Of a DNA stretch of 64,000 nucleotides, positions 26,264 to 39,033 are shown in pieces. This stretch comes from Trichosphaerium sp. ATCC 40318. Its lineage: Eukaryota; Protista; Tubulinea. Position numbers and translations under genes: made by a program. The number at the start of each line of letters is the position of its first letter. Position 1 is the stretch's first letter. The stretch is taken from positions 27,148 through 91,147 of the forward strand of contig JALMLS010000091.1 of the NCBI GenBank assembly GCA_038496445.1, written 5' to 3'. Under the pieces are notes generated by a model. The model was not told where the DNA came from. It made no database searches and was given only the letters and a program-made list of their open reading frames with translations.

Positions 26264-27031
26264 ATGCAAAACCTATCAGAGAGTACGTCCTCTTTTAATA
26301 CCGAACAAACGCGATTCAGAATAAGTTAAAACAAAAAAAAACATGCTAATAGACATGTATTTATCTGTATTCGCCTTCAAATGGCCTCAAATCATCTATA
26401 ACCGGCGATTTCTACTTTTTTTTCAAATCAGAAGCTTTCAACTTTAATGCTACCAAACACACTCAATATACCAATTATTGTTATAAATACGCTCGCAAAC
26501 AAACATTTACACGCCGATACAAGCGACAAAGCTTTAAACAAAAAGATCTCAGGAAACTAATTGTACTGTAGTCGAAAAGTCTGAGCTCGCTTGTACACTC
26601 GCCTCCCTCGTAATTGAGGATTCTGGCAAAGAAGTCACAGCCGACAGCATCAAAGCAGCCGCAAAGGTGCGTTGTTAAGATTATTTACGCGTCTAAACTC
26701 TCATTCAGGCCGGTGGCGTTGAGGTTCAAGGATTCTGGGCTTCAATTTTCGAAAAAGCTTTCAAAAAAAAGAGCGTTAGCGAAATGATTGAAGGATTTAG
26801 CGCAGGTGGACCAGGTCCTGCTGCTAGTGGTGATGCTGGCGTAAGTATTTTGTTTTGTAAACTACAAAAAAACAATTTAAACATCGTCTCGATCGATATT
26901 AACTTCCTTCTTAGGCCGCTGCCGGTGAAACCGCTGCTGAACCAGAACCAGAAGAGGAAGAAGAAGAATCTGAAGCAGACCTCGGTGGTGGTGGTTTGTT
27001 CGGTGGATCTGACGATGATGATGACTGGTAA
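26264..27031 (+). CDS. RPLP1: 60S acidic ribosomal protein P1
   Basis: MQNLSEIEKSELACTLASLVIEDSGKEVTADSIKAAAKAGGVEVQGFWASIFEKA, Ala/Gly hinge, EEEEEESEADLGGGGLFG tail. Confidence 0.9.
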
Positions 27032-27408
27032 ATATGTTTCAAAGTTCATCTTTGTATGGACAAAAGAAACAAAACGCCAATCAAAACAAAAAAATCTCAG
27101 TCCCTTGTACCTAATATAAACCGAAATTTTAAAACAATCCCTTGTGGTTATCATTTAAACTTGTAACGGGTTGTATCGTTTGAAATCTTTTCGAGGGAGT
27201 TGCGTATTGTGTTAGCGAAAACTGTGGTGAGAAGCTACGTTTGAGGCATATTTGATCCTACTTGACGTCATTTAACGCCTTTTGTGACTTAAAAGCAAAC
27301 CGTAGAATTCCCGAAGGCTCTGATGCTGTTGCTGTAGTTGTAATTGATTGTGAACTATTGTACACTACACTCAAGTCGTATTTGTAGTAACATCGTAATT
27401 TCTATTTG

Positions 27409-30201
27409 ATGGCAACTACAACAGCGCTACGCGCGCTGTCGCTGTATTTGATAGTTGGAATATGCGCTTACGCGGCTGTACCTTTAAATCCAGCTTGGAT
27501 GAAAAGCGACAAAGCTTTCTTAGATAATATGATACTCTCTGGTGCGTATTTAACCGCTTTTTCAGGCGTATTAAATGTAGTTTAGACTTGACACTGCCTG
27601 GAACCCATGACACAGGAACATACATGCTAGTACGAACGAGGTATCAAAGTATTCAAGTCTGACACTTTCTGAAAAGACAGAACGCCTTGAGGAAGGTATA
27701 GCTCCTAAATGGATACTGGACGTATATACAGCTCTAATAGACTTACGTACGGCTATTGAAATTAAATGGCATTTTTATTACGCTTTCTCCGTTGACACTT
27801 CGCGTTACTTTAACTACAGCCAAAACTAATCGCTTTGCTCAACTATAAAACATTCTAAAGCTGGTAGATATCGCTGCACCTTATGACGTAATTAAAAAAT
27901 GGTCTCATACGCAGTCTTATGACGTTTATGACCAATTACAAAGGGGTATACGTTTTCTAGATGTTAGAGTTTGTTGGGATGATAAAACATCCGAGTTTAG
28001 AACTCTTCATGGCTTGCTAGGCGATACAACTATTGTAAGATGATCAATTTTCTGTTTTTTTTTCTTCAACAAGCACGGCTACAAAAAACGTGCTTATTTG
28101 CGCCTATTGGTGTTTTGTTGATTAAGTGTTTAGAATATGTTAAAGAATATTACTCAGTTCATGGATGAGAACACTGAAGAAGTCCTGGTGCGTTCTTTTT
28201 GGCAGACAACTTTTTTTCTTTTTTTTTTCAAAGACGTCCATCACAAAAAAGCGTCTGGAATTAACAATGAATAGGTGCTTCAGTTTGGAAATTTTGCGCA
28301 GTTTACACCTGATTTATACACGAAAGCTATCGAGTTGATAAAGGCGGAAATAGGTACTACAGAGACTGTATTAGCGTTTGTAAACTGAAAAAAAACTTTT
28401 TCTATTTTTTTGTCACAAGGGTACTTTTGTGGGGAATTACTTTGCGTATAAATCATTGTTTTTAGTGGTGGATATGTGTTGATATTATAAAACGCAATAA
28501 TAGCTGTTTCAACGCTTATCAAATCAAACACATGATCATGTGATTCACACGTTGAAGCAGAATAAAACCATTTTTTCTCTCTTCTACTTGGGTCTGTTGT
28601 TATTTATTCTTATGTTCTTTAGGTCCTTTGTTATGGTTGTCTGATACTGGGAGTCCATATGGGTTCGGAACATACAAAGAAATGGTAAAAACTTAGATAA
28701 CAATCAATTGATGTTTTTTTTTGATTTCTTGTTAATCTCATACAATGTTCTTAGGTTTCTTCTAATAAGCGTATTGTCGCTTTCTTTGATGCATGTGATT
28801 ATATCAATGGAGATCCATACTTTTTTTGTAGTCAGCTACTACCTAATCGATGGGCAAATAATGTACGGTAGCTATCTTTATTATGTAAAGAATTATGAAT
28901 GAAGAAAAAAATAGGATAACTTTACAACAATGGAAGGGATTGTCTCTGACTCTGTTGTCGCTGATACAGGATACCCAAATGAAATATATAAACTCCAATG
29001 GGTACTAACAGGTAAATATACTTCCCTTTATTTACAGGATCCTTCTTCATCTCGCAAACTGATAAAAGGCGTAAAAAGAACACGTGGAAGTATGATGGCA
29101 TGTTTTCACCCACAACATAATCTTCTTGCCTTGAGAGTCCGGATGCTGTACAGCGCGTCTGGCTGCAACTGAAAACTCAATTTGTTTGAAGTGTGGAGAG
29201 GACGACATTGTCGGCATACAAACCATGATTTTTGCCTGAAAGGAAACAACTTTTTTTTGGAACACGTGTTAATGTTTTTTGTTAAAATCTTTTTAGAGAA
29301 TGCTGGATTGATTATTGAGAGTGTTTTCGATTTGGGAAAATATGATAGTCTTCGTGAGCTTAGCCGTGTTGCTAATTCTAATTTGAACAAGTTTATGGAA
29401 CGCTATTCAGCGTACTCTATAAATTTAATCATGACAGATTTTTTCCAAGAAACAGACTCTGTAGAGAGATCACGTATACTTAATCGTAGAATGTGTAATG
29501 ATAATCCAAAATATCGTGCTCCTCTTGATGATACCAAAAACTGTAGATATTGGGTATCTAAGAATCTATGTAGCACAAACAAAACAATCGCCAAGTACGT
29601 TAAACTATTGTGTTGAGAGTTGACAAATTTATTTTTTACTTTTTTGTTTTTTTTTCGAAGCTTGTTGTTTACGCTCAAAGATCAATCAACTTGTGATTTT
29701 TTTTCTTGTCTTCAAATATCGTGTACTACGTGTAGTTGTAATAATGATATTTTACTAAAATTGGAGAGTGCTTCGAGACTCAAAGCTTTTTTTTGAGATT
29801 TTTTTTTTTGAGATTCTCTAACTTTTCTTTTTCATTAGTTTGTGTCCACGTTCTTGTGGGTTGTGTAAAATAAATCCTGGAGAACCTGGAAGTGCGTGTA
29901 CTAAGAATGATACTTGCTATTACAAGAAATGTCAAACATCAAAGCAGATTTGTCTCGTTGAGTTTCCAAGAAACGATGGTAAATCTTGTTTTCTTTCTTA
30001 TTCTTTTCTTATTTTTTTTTCTTTAAAGGTGACCCTTGTGGATCTGCGTATCAATGCAAAAGTGGCATATGCTCTTCATTCACTTGTGGTAATGGTAAAA
30101 CAGTCAGTGAAACACCTTCATGGGTAGTTAAAAACCCAACAAAAGAGCAACAGACAAAACTCAAATACTACCTAAATAAGTTTTCGGTAAAGAGCCATTA
30201 A
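27409..30201 (+). CDS. Secreted PI-PLC X-domain (PLCXD-like) protein with C-terminal ShKT and Cys-rich modules
   Basis: Signal peptide; DLTLPGTHDTG, WSHTQSYDVYDQLQRGIRFLDVRV, INLIMTDFF; DDTKNCRYWVSKNLC...CPRSCGLC. Confidence 0.85.
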
Positions 30202-30287
30202 TGCTTCTGAACTTGTCCTAATAAAGCAATATTATATATAACCGTATCACAATATGATACAGAAATTGCAGATGTACTGCTATTTAT

Positions 30288-32660
30288 TTACAATGCACTT
30301 GCTGGAGACATTAGAGAATTTCTTCCTAAATTACATGTTAAGAAACAACTCAAAAAAAAAAGGAAGTAGTACCTTCATCTACCTTAGCGTTCAGAATTGG
30401 CAATACACCTTCTCTACACTGAAGAGGTAGTGATGGATAATGATATAAAAGAGTTGAAATTAATGATTCCGTATCACCTGGCCACCAATAAGGTATAGGA
30501 ACGAGCACTATACCTAAAACAAAAAGTGTTTCAGTTTTGTTTTGTATTTCATTATGACCAAATTCTTTTACCTGACATGGCGCATGCGTGACTCTTTTCA
30601 GCATCTCGTGTTTCAAACGTTTTAGAGTCAGAAAATCCTGGTCTACTATGGTAATGATGTTCTCCTTAAATCAAGGTAAGCAGACATCAAAGGACAACAA
30701 CAAAAATAATAATCATTTTTGGTTTTATACCTTGATACTCAATCGCAAGGTTATATTTAGGTACAAATATATCAACGGTCATCTCTTGAATCCATGATGT
30801 ATAGTTCCTTAGGCCAACTATATGTTCTTGTGTAACCTCACAGTTTGGAAATATTAACTTTATTCTCTCCAGTAGCTGCCTAAACGTAAAATTATTTCAG
30901 ACTGTTTTTTTTGATCCTTTTTTTTTTTCAAGTGACTTACTTTTGGTTTGCTTTTTTACTGATTGAAAATAATCTCCAGTTAAAATCATACGTGGGATAA
31001 AACTCCTTAAGTATGTGTGGAAAGTGATTAGATATTCCTGCTGCACCCAATGAAGCCAATTGCTCGTTTGAGACAGAATACCAAGAAACAAAAAATCAGA
31101 AAAAAAAAATACAGCAACTTGACGATGCCTCTCTTGCAAACTTATTCAAGAAAATTGTATATTATAGATCGTACCAGTTACTAGGGTGTTGAATATTTAA
31201 TTTTGAACTTGCTGTTTGCAAGAATTTGATCTGATTACTCCTCTTTAGCCAATGTCCTTTAGGTGAATCACTAATATGTCATTAAGGTTTTTTTTTCAAA
31301 ACAAAGGTTAGTCTTTGCATACGTAGTAAACGCTCTACGATACCACGTTTTATCAGGAAATAAATAAACTAACATCTCAGAAACACCGCCGCACCTACAA
31401 GAATAAATCAGGTAACCTGAGAATTAAACAAGGATAGAACTCTTTCATAGATAAAAATATCCAAAAAAAAAAAAACCAGAAAGTGGAACTTTTATTTGGT
31501 TGTTTTGGGTTATCTGTGATTGGCGTACTTTTTTAGTAGAGTGTCTAATCCTGCTCGTCTAAGCTTTAAATAGTGTGAGTTTTCAACATCCAATAATGTT
31601 TTAAGGTTGAGATTCTCTGCTGTAGTGTTAAGTTCATTTAGCATATTTTCGCGAGAATTCCAATATTGGTGATGCCTAGCATTGCATTAGTTTAAGTTTG
31701 TATACAAAATGAACGCTATCACAGCGCCTCAAATATAATTGATACAATCTAAGCCGATAATTTAAAGTTTCTAGTATATGCACATACCAAAGAAACCGCA
31801 GAGTTTCAATCAAAAAAGAATTGCAATGTCAAGTAAAAACAAAATAAGTTCAAGAGACAACTTACTTGCTGAATCGCCTCACATCCCAGGGATAATCAGG
31901 ATAAAGATTCATCAATGTCCAGAATAGAGATTTATCATATCTAGAAATACATAATGAGTGCCATTGATTTATAATGTCAACAACAAAAATGACAAAAAAA
32001 AGTTGTCAACTCACTTGAACATTACATTTCTTCCACCAACTTCATAAAAATCTTGCCATGCAATATCATACCAGTCACTAAATACCATAACCTCTAGTAT
32101 CTCTGCAATATCTTGCATGCGTTGATGATGGTTTTTTGAGTCTTTCCAATACGCAGGACCCTCTTTCCTCCCAGAATGAGCAAAAAACTTTTTTTTTGAA
32201 TTTTGAACGCAAAAAAACCACCACAGCTCGTGGTCTGTTGAACTAGAACTTACTTAAATCTCTGTGGAGATACCGCTGCATTAGTGGAATGCTTCAGGGC
32301 CCTGTATAGTTCAAAATATCTACACTGGGTCAGTTTTTTAAATAAACGTTTAATGTTACTTCAATTTGATGTTATGTGTTGCTGCTGTGCGTTGGTAATC
32401 CTCTTTAGCGATTTCATACCACTCATTAACTGTTTTAATCTTCAGTATCCGCGTTATTACCAGAAATTGACCTTGTTGGTACGTTGTGGTAATTCTACGC
32501 TTCCCTGAAGCGAGTTACGCAAAATGTTACAGAATAGTAAAGAGTAGTGTAAAAATTGTCATTTTACACGTATAGGGTACCATTAGGCGTTATTGGCGGA
32601 TGTTTTGCACTAGCTCGTGATAAAACTCTTCCAAACATCCTTTGGTGTTGTATTGCGCAT
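30288..32660 (-). CDS. Helical-repeat protein with C-terminal PD-(D/E)XK (DUF559/RAP-like) nuclease-fold domain; start uncertain
   Basis: Repeats YWKDSKNHHQRMQDIAEILEVMVFSDWYDI...YPDYPW, YWNSRENMLNEL...FPDKTW and HWLKRSNQIKFL...SNWYDL...YPTYDF; C-terminal VDIFVPKYNLAIEYQGEHHY and IVLVPIPYWW. Confidence 0.75.
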
Positions 32661-32934
32661 TAAAACGATGAACAGCACCCACAGGCAAATGTAATAATCA
32701 AATAGACAAATGTTTTAACGCTTAACTAGTTGCTCACGTGCAACAAAGCAAAAAGACAAGATAACATATTTACTGCGCATCCGTCCATGTTCTTAAATAT
32801 TGTTGCTTCACACTGACCCATGACAAGTGTGTGATACATAACGTGGTAATCTCACTTCCTAAAACAAGGGAGTTGAATCTCAGAGAGACGATATTAATAC
32901 AGTTGTTTCTTTCTATGTTATTATTTTATTATTT

Positions 32935-33945
32935 CTACAGTACAACAAAATATGCATCTTGTAAGGTATCCACATCTTCAATACTAGTCACAGCAGTATC
33001 ACATAAGAAAATTGTATGAACACCAACCAAAGGTTCAATACCTTTGTTTGAAATACTTGTTCGACAAAGGTCGATAAGATGAACACCAACTAACGAAGCT
33101 ACTCCCTCATCAGTCACAGCAGTATCCTCAAGGACAATGCTATGCACTCCTGCCAAGGCTTGGACGCCTTCATCAGTGACACTAGTGTTTCCTAAGTCAA
33201 TGGAGTGAACACCAGCCAAGGCCTTAACACCATTATCTGTTACCGAAGTATAAGCGAGGTCTATTGTATGTACACCCGCTAACGGGATCACACCATCATC
33301 AGATACAGTAGTATTCATAAGTTTTATAGTATGGACACCTGCCAACGCCTTGATGCCTTCATCGGTGATATTCGTATCTGACAAGTCGATTATTTTGACA
33401 CCCGCAAGTGATGCTACTCCCTCATTTGTAATGTGCGTACACTCGAAGAGATCAATGTTTCTAACACCACTGAAGCGAAAGAGGTGCTTATCTAGTATAA
33501 ACGCACGAAAATCGCAAGTGCGAATTTTGGTGTTCCGCAGAAGAGGGCTATTTTTAAGAGCTCTGATATGGCGTTTCGACGTAATAGATATCGTTTTAAG
33601 GCCCACGTATGTGTGTACAACGTTTCGTAAGCGCCAGCAAGTTATCGCCGTTGAAGCATTTGAAACGCAAAAGCGGAGGATCCTGGCTAGTACATCGTCT
33701 TCTAAATGGTCTAAAAACGGTACAGGAGCTCTATATAATAAATTAAGTTGCTAATTAGCGTATAATAGCGAAATTTCGCTATGAGGGTATACGCACTCCG
33801 GATACTCATCCATTGCTTCATAATTTAACCTTGGGAATGCGTGCCGGTACAACTTTGAATTGAAATCTTTTGACCTTCTTTTTTTCGTTGGGCTGCAAGA
33901 ATCTGAGGAGTAGATACTTGCGTATTGAGCGCTGGAGTATGACAT
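32935..33945 (-). CDS. F-box-like plus leucine-rich repeat protein (22-aa repeats), one intron near the 5' end
   Basis: LDHLEDDVLARILRFC followed by about 8 repeats of GVHTIDLxxTxVTDEGVxAL. Confidence 0.85.
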
Positions 33946-34539
33946 TTGCGTTGAAAGAGAAATCGATACTCGTACGATCGAAACAATTCGGTTCGGGCAC
34001 CAAACGTCTCAGAGATACGATATTATTATTGTCAAAGTAAGGTTAGTTGCACACCTGTTGATTGATAAACTAAATGAAGTTCTGATACTGGCTTAAAACA
34101 TTTCGATCATCAGTGAAAACAGTAGTAATCAATCATGATTGACATTTTTTTTTGATTTCGGCGGTTTTTTTACAGCTGAGAAAAAAGTTGACATTTGTTA
34201 AATTATCAAACGACACAAGTCACAACATATAAAACACTCGTGGATATCTATAAACTACATCATGCAAAAGCGCAGAGCAATATCATTTCCACAACGTATG
34301 TTTTAGTTGTGTTTAAACGATGCAACTCTAACTTTGTTTTAGCAAATTGCAATAATCTCTTACTCCTTCCAACGGATATGCAAACACTCATTAGTACCCA
34401 GGATAGCGAAATTTTCGCATTATGGTGCGTTTGCAATCAAGAAATTTCAATCAAAAGAAAAAAGCAAAACACTTCAATCAAATTTTTTTTTCAATCTGTT
34501 CCCCAAAAAAAAAACCAGTCTGACAGAAAACTCAGGCAC

Positions 34540-35425
34540 ATGCTTTCTAAAACAGCAGCCACACGCACACGTTATAACAATAGAATGGAAAAACACGGAA
34601 CTTGGTACACGTGGTACGTAATAATGAATCCACTTTTGTATCTTTCAACTAATGACTTCCTGTAGGCACGAAAACGGAAAGAAGCATATTGTAGACAACT
34701 TCGCTTCTGGGTTGCGACACGGCAAACAAACTGAATACAACGAAAAAGGGCATAAAATAGCTGAAACGTTCTTTTGTTTCGGTTTAGAACAAGGTCAATG
34801 TAGCCGTTGGTACTCAAATGGTAGACTACTTCTTCGGGGTGTTAAAGTCAACGGAGAGTTTGAAGGAGAGTACAAAGAATGGCACTCAAACGGTGTATTA
34901 TCAAGACACTGTACAAAACGCAGAGGTCTCTCAGAAGGACCAGAAATAACATGGCACGAAAGTGATATCATTAAATCAAAGTGTCAAATGAAATCTGGTA
35001 AGAAAGACGGAGAATATCTTGAGTGGCACAGAAATGGTGTATTGAAATCTAAGTATACAACCATAAATGGTTTAATACAAGGTCCTTGCATGTGTTTTTA
35101 TGAAAACGGTAAAACACAAGCAATATTTGACGTGGTTGATGATGAGGCACATGGAGATTATAAGGAGTTTTACGAGTCTGGTCAGCTCTCAGCACACTGG
35201 ACAATGGTCCGTGATAATGCCACTGGAGAAAACAGACAATACCATGCAAATGGACGTCTTCAAATCCACAGTATGTTCATTGATGGATATGAAAATGGAT
35301 CTTACAAAGAGTATCATGATAACGGTGAGTTATGTCTTTCAGGAATAATGAAGAATGGTGAATACGTTGGTACTTTGAGTTCTTTTAATCGTAATGGGGA
35401 GTTTGTGTATGCAACAGAAATGTGA
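34540..35425 (+). CDS. MORN-variant (MORN_2/YwqK-like) repeat protein, copy 1, one intron (34614-34665)
   Basis: About 10 repeats of GEYKEWHxNGxL; the N-terminus MLSKTAATRT joins ORF 34652-35425 through a GT-AG intron with an actaat branch site. Confidence 0.9.
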
Positions 35426-35705
35426 AACAGAAAAACAAGTCAAAAAATTAATACAAAATAAATAACTGTTAATTTCTAAAGTCGTGTCATATTCCTTTTG
35501 CAACTCCACTATTCCAACATAACGGCATGCTGTAACTGTTGTTTTTTCAGCAATCCCATCTCCATAGGCCCTTGTGGTCTAGAGGAAGGGTGTCTAAACC
35601 AACTATTCTCATTATCTTTAAATACTGTTTTATTAGTAGAATAACGTGTAAGATTGTTCTTGTGAATAGGCAAGTAGAACGTAAGAGGTTTTTTATTTGT
35701 TGTTC

Positions 35706-37708
35706 TTATTTTATCATCTGTACGATACCAAAAGTACCAGAATAATACCAATCTTTTGATTTTTCTTCAAGTTCCTTTACTTGATCTTCTGTTAAACCAG
35801 ATACAGTCTCTGACTTTAAAGTTCTTATCATAACAACAGGCATATCTAAGGGGGAGTATTATTAAACAATACTGTATGCACATTGCCAGTAAAAAAACAA
35901 AACGAAAGAAAAACTAAATAGGTACCAAAATAATGAGCAATATCTTGTGTTGGTCTTGTGAACGACCACCGCAAGTCTCCATGTACTCTTCTTGCGTTAG
36001 CATCACCTGATATTTAGAGTTAATCACATACTAAAAATATCATAGTTAAAATCGTGCCCTTTATAATCACTAATTTGGATGAACTCAACTCTTTGCTTAG
36101 TTTTTCTGGTATAACAGAAAACGCAGCAAAATCATTCCTAAATAAGAGTAAACAACACAGTTTAAAAGATACCAAAATAAGCACGGCAATAACCTCAATA
36201 GAACCAGTAGACAATGATAACCAGCAGTAGTGTTTTGTCAAAACTTGTGAAAAAAAAAAATTACCACAATATTATTCCTTGAAACGTACCAGTATACATC
36301 GCTAGTTAATTTCCATGAACCCTTTTTAAGTAGATCTCTCCAGTGAGTAACTAAGTCTTTACATTTACCCTTCTCCAAATGAGAAAAAGTCCATTCAACA
36401 TCTTTAATCAGAGCATCAGAAACAAACCTGAAAAAAAAACAGTTAGTACATCATTCGTATCAAAGTTAAAAACTACTGTACACTGGATAATCCTTCAAAT
36501 GGAATACTACATTCTCGGCCATTCCAAAGTGAACTAGTAAAGTACCAAGGCAAAGGTCACAGACAACCTCAAGACCAGCGTTATCACAAATGAAGTCAAC
36601 TCTTTTTTTGTCACTCTTGACGCTACACAAAAAACGTTTTAACACAAATCTGGACTCCTTTACGATTATTCTTTTACCTCAAGTATTCATAAATCTCTTT
36701 TGAGTTATCAATAAGGATATTATCTTGGTCTTTTTCAAGAGAAAAAGAAAGTTCATCAGTTGTTAATCCACTAGGACTTTTACTCAAATCAGCTCTATTT
36801 CCCCATAAATTCATGTATAAAGCTAAATACACGAGTTAATTATTTGACTACATCCACAGTTTAAACAAAAACTAATTAAATACAGCAACTAATCTTGCAC
36901 GTGACAAGATCTCGTTTTCGACAAATGACCTTTTTTTTTTGTTTCAAAGTTTCGGCCTTTGAACAGTATTTTCGTTCACGTGATAGACACAGTAGTAGTC
37001 TCTTACATACCTTTTTGGAATACTACTAGAGCAAGTTTTTTATCAGCTTTGATTAGTTTTAGAGTGAATGCCATAACTTCTTCGACTTGAGTGATAGACT
37101 CAGTCAAATTCTTCTGTTTTTGAGCCTTTCAAAAAAAAACTGTCAACTTTGACAAAATCACGTGGTTCCTCTATCTTATAATATTCTAACCTCAAAGGGA
37201 TCCACCTTGTTTTCAAAATATCCAGTGATATCGTAAATACGTCGGTAAAAGTAACTGTAACAGCTTAGCAGCAAAAAGAGTCCAGCACGCTTACCCTTCC
37301 AAAAACAACCAAGGTGCATCATCCCAAGTGTACCTATATTCCGTGTTAGTGTCTTAAAACATGAGGTATTGAATGGGACAGTGTTAGAAGCGAGTATTAA
37401 AGCGCTTACGGTTTTGAGCTTATTTTGTCGTTCCACACTTTTAGATTAGGCCCCTACGCCAATTAACATTGCGAAAAATGTAATGACGAGCGTACAGTAG
37501 ATATGGTTGGTAGTTTCGCCGCGTTTGCAATGTCATCAAGTATAACTTGTGCCTTTTGCTTGTTAACCTTACCAGAATCAACCAATATCGTTAATATTTG
37601 AGGTAGACGCTACGTAAAATGAGTACTAACAAATAACACGCTTAGAACCTTGTAGACTGACTCACGGCACCAACCCCAGCAATTATTGGCCGCAACAGGA
37701 TCACTCAT
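35706..37708 (-). CDS. ARMT1: ARMT1/DUF89 damage-control phosphatase
   Basis: RLPQIL, APWLFLE.YFYRRI, DPFE, LWGNRADLS, DFICDNAGLE, FVSDA, IIKGDANARR, IRTLKSETVSG. Confidence 0.9.
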
Positions 37709-37828
37709 GGTTGTTAAAGCACAAAAGTACCAGAAGTGACAACTTAACACAATTAAGCTGTACTGCTAGGTAACAACGGCCGGTGGTCTGACATATCTAG
37801 AAATGTTGTAGTCGCAGTGTAAAGTGGA

Positions 37829-38592
37829 ATGGTTTTAATTCAGTTAGCAATTAGTTTCTTATTGCCTATTGCTGCGATTGGTTGTTGGCTACTTTATTGG
37901 AGCTCAAGGGCGCCTAAACAACTAAAGATTAGATCAATCACGTGGCCAAAAACGTTACCAAAGAGAATATGGATTGTAGGTCCAAGTGGATCAGGAAAGA
38001 CAACTCTCAGTGATAAAATAGGTAGCAAACATTCTCATTTATATGATTAAGCTTACGAAACCAAAGCCAAGCGTGAAGGGACTACAGTAGTCCATTTAGA
38101 CGATTATATTTTCCTCAGTAATTGGCAGTTCAATCCAAACGCTTTTAACCAAGGAAGAGAGAGTATACGCTCTTTGGATGAGAAGGTTTGAGTTTTTCTT
38201 TCGAAAAAATCAAAGGAAAAAAGACAACTTTGTTTACTTTGTTTTTGTAGAAGAATGGTTATGTAATTGACGGTACATATAATCGTATGTGTAGACCAAT
38301 GGCTGGAGAGAAACGTGTGGATTTGATTATATTCCTGAATCTCGGCTTTTGGGTTTGCTTCTATCGTTTCTTTATACGCTCCTTGGAACGGATTATTTCA
38401 AATACTAGTTTACACAATGGAAATAGAGAATCACTTGGCATGCTGTTTGTTACATTTGTGCCTCAAGTGGTGTGCGAGTACGCTAAAACAATCGCAGATA
38501 CTGATAGAAACCTTTGCAGCTATGGTGTACCTGTAATTCGGCTAGACAACCGTAATCAAGTGCGTGAATTCGCCAAGAAGTACAAATTATAG
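37829..38592 (+). CDS. P-loop kinase of the FlaR/adenylate-kinase-like family with N-terminal membrane anchor
   Basis: RIWIVGPSGSGKTTLS, VHLDD, VIDGTY, DLIIFLNL, LHNGNRESL; two short introns. Confidence 0.82.
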
Positions 38593-39033
38593 TATTGTAG
38601 TAGAAGACACCAACACAGGATAGTCATGTACTATGCCAAGTGTGAAATTGTTTTGTGTAGTGCGCGAGCGAACGGGAGAAATGTGGGTTACGTTGAGCGC
38701 CCCTACAACGTACTGAAACCATAAAATCACTTATTGCACCTAAGAATTCACAGCAACTATCATTAAAGCTTACATGTAGCCGTAATTGGTAATGTAAGTA
38801 ACTGCGCAGTTAATAATGCTAGAATTGCCAAACTGACTCCGGACGGTGACAAATTGAAGTCAACTTTCTTCCTAAAACAAGAGACCACTTGACAAACATC
38901 CATTAGAAACCCTTTAGCAGGTAAGTATTTGTGGTGCAGAAATTAGATTATGAACTTGTTTTCTTGTTGAATTTCCGCAAAAATAACTAATGTTGCTGTA
39001 AGATCTAAAAGTACTTGCTGGGCGTCATCAAAA

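Noticed and set aside
32990-33480. Regular DNA repeats resembling a CRISPR or satellite array
   Set aside because: They are 66-nt degenerate coding repeats of the LRR protein, with no repeat-spacer structure.
33350-33754. Antisense ORFs such as 33350-33754, 11076-11390, 26726-27154 and 63568-63957
   Set aside because: Shadow frames opposite well-supported genes.
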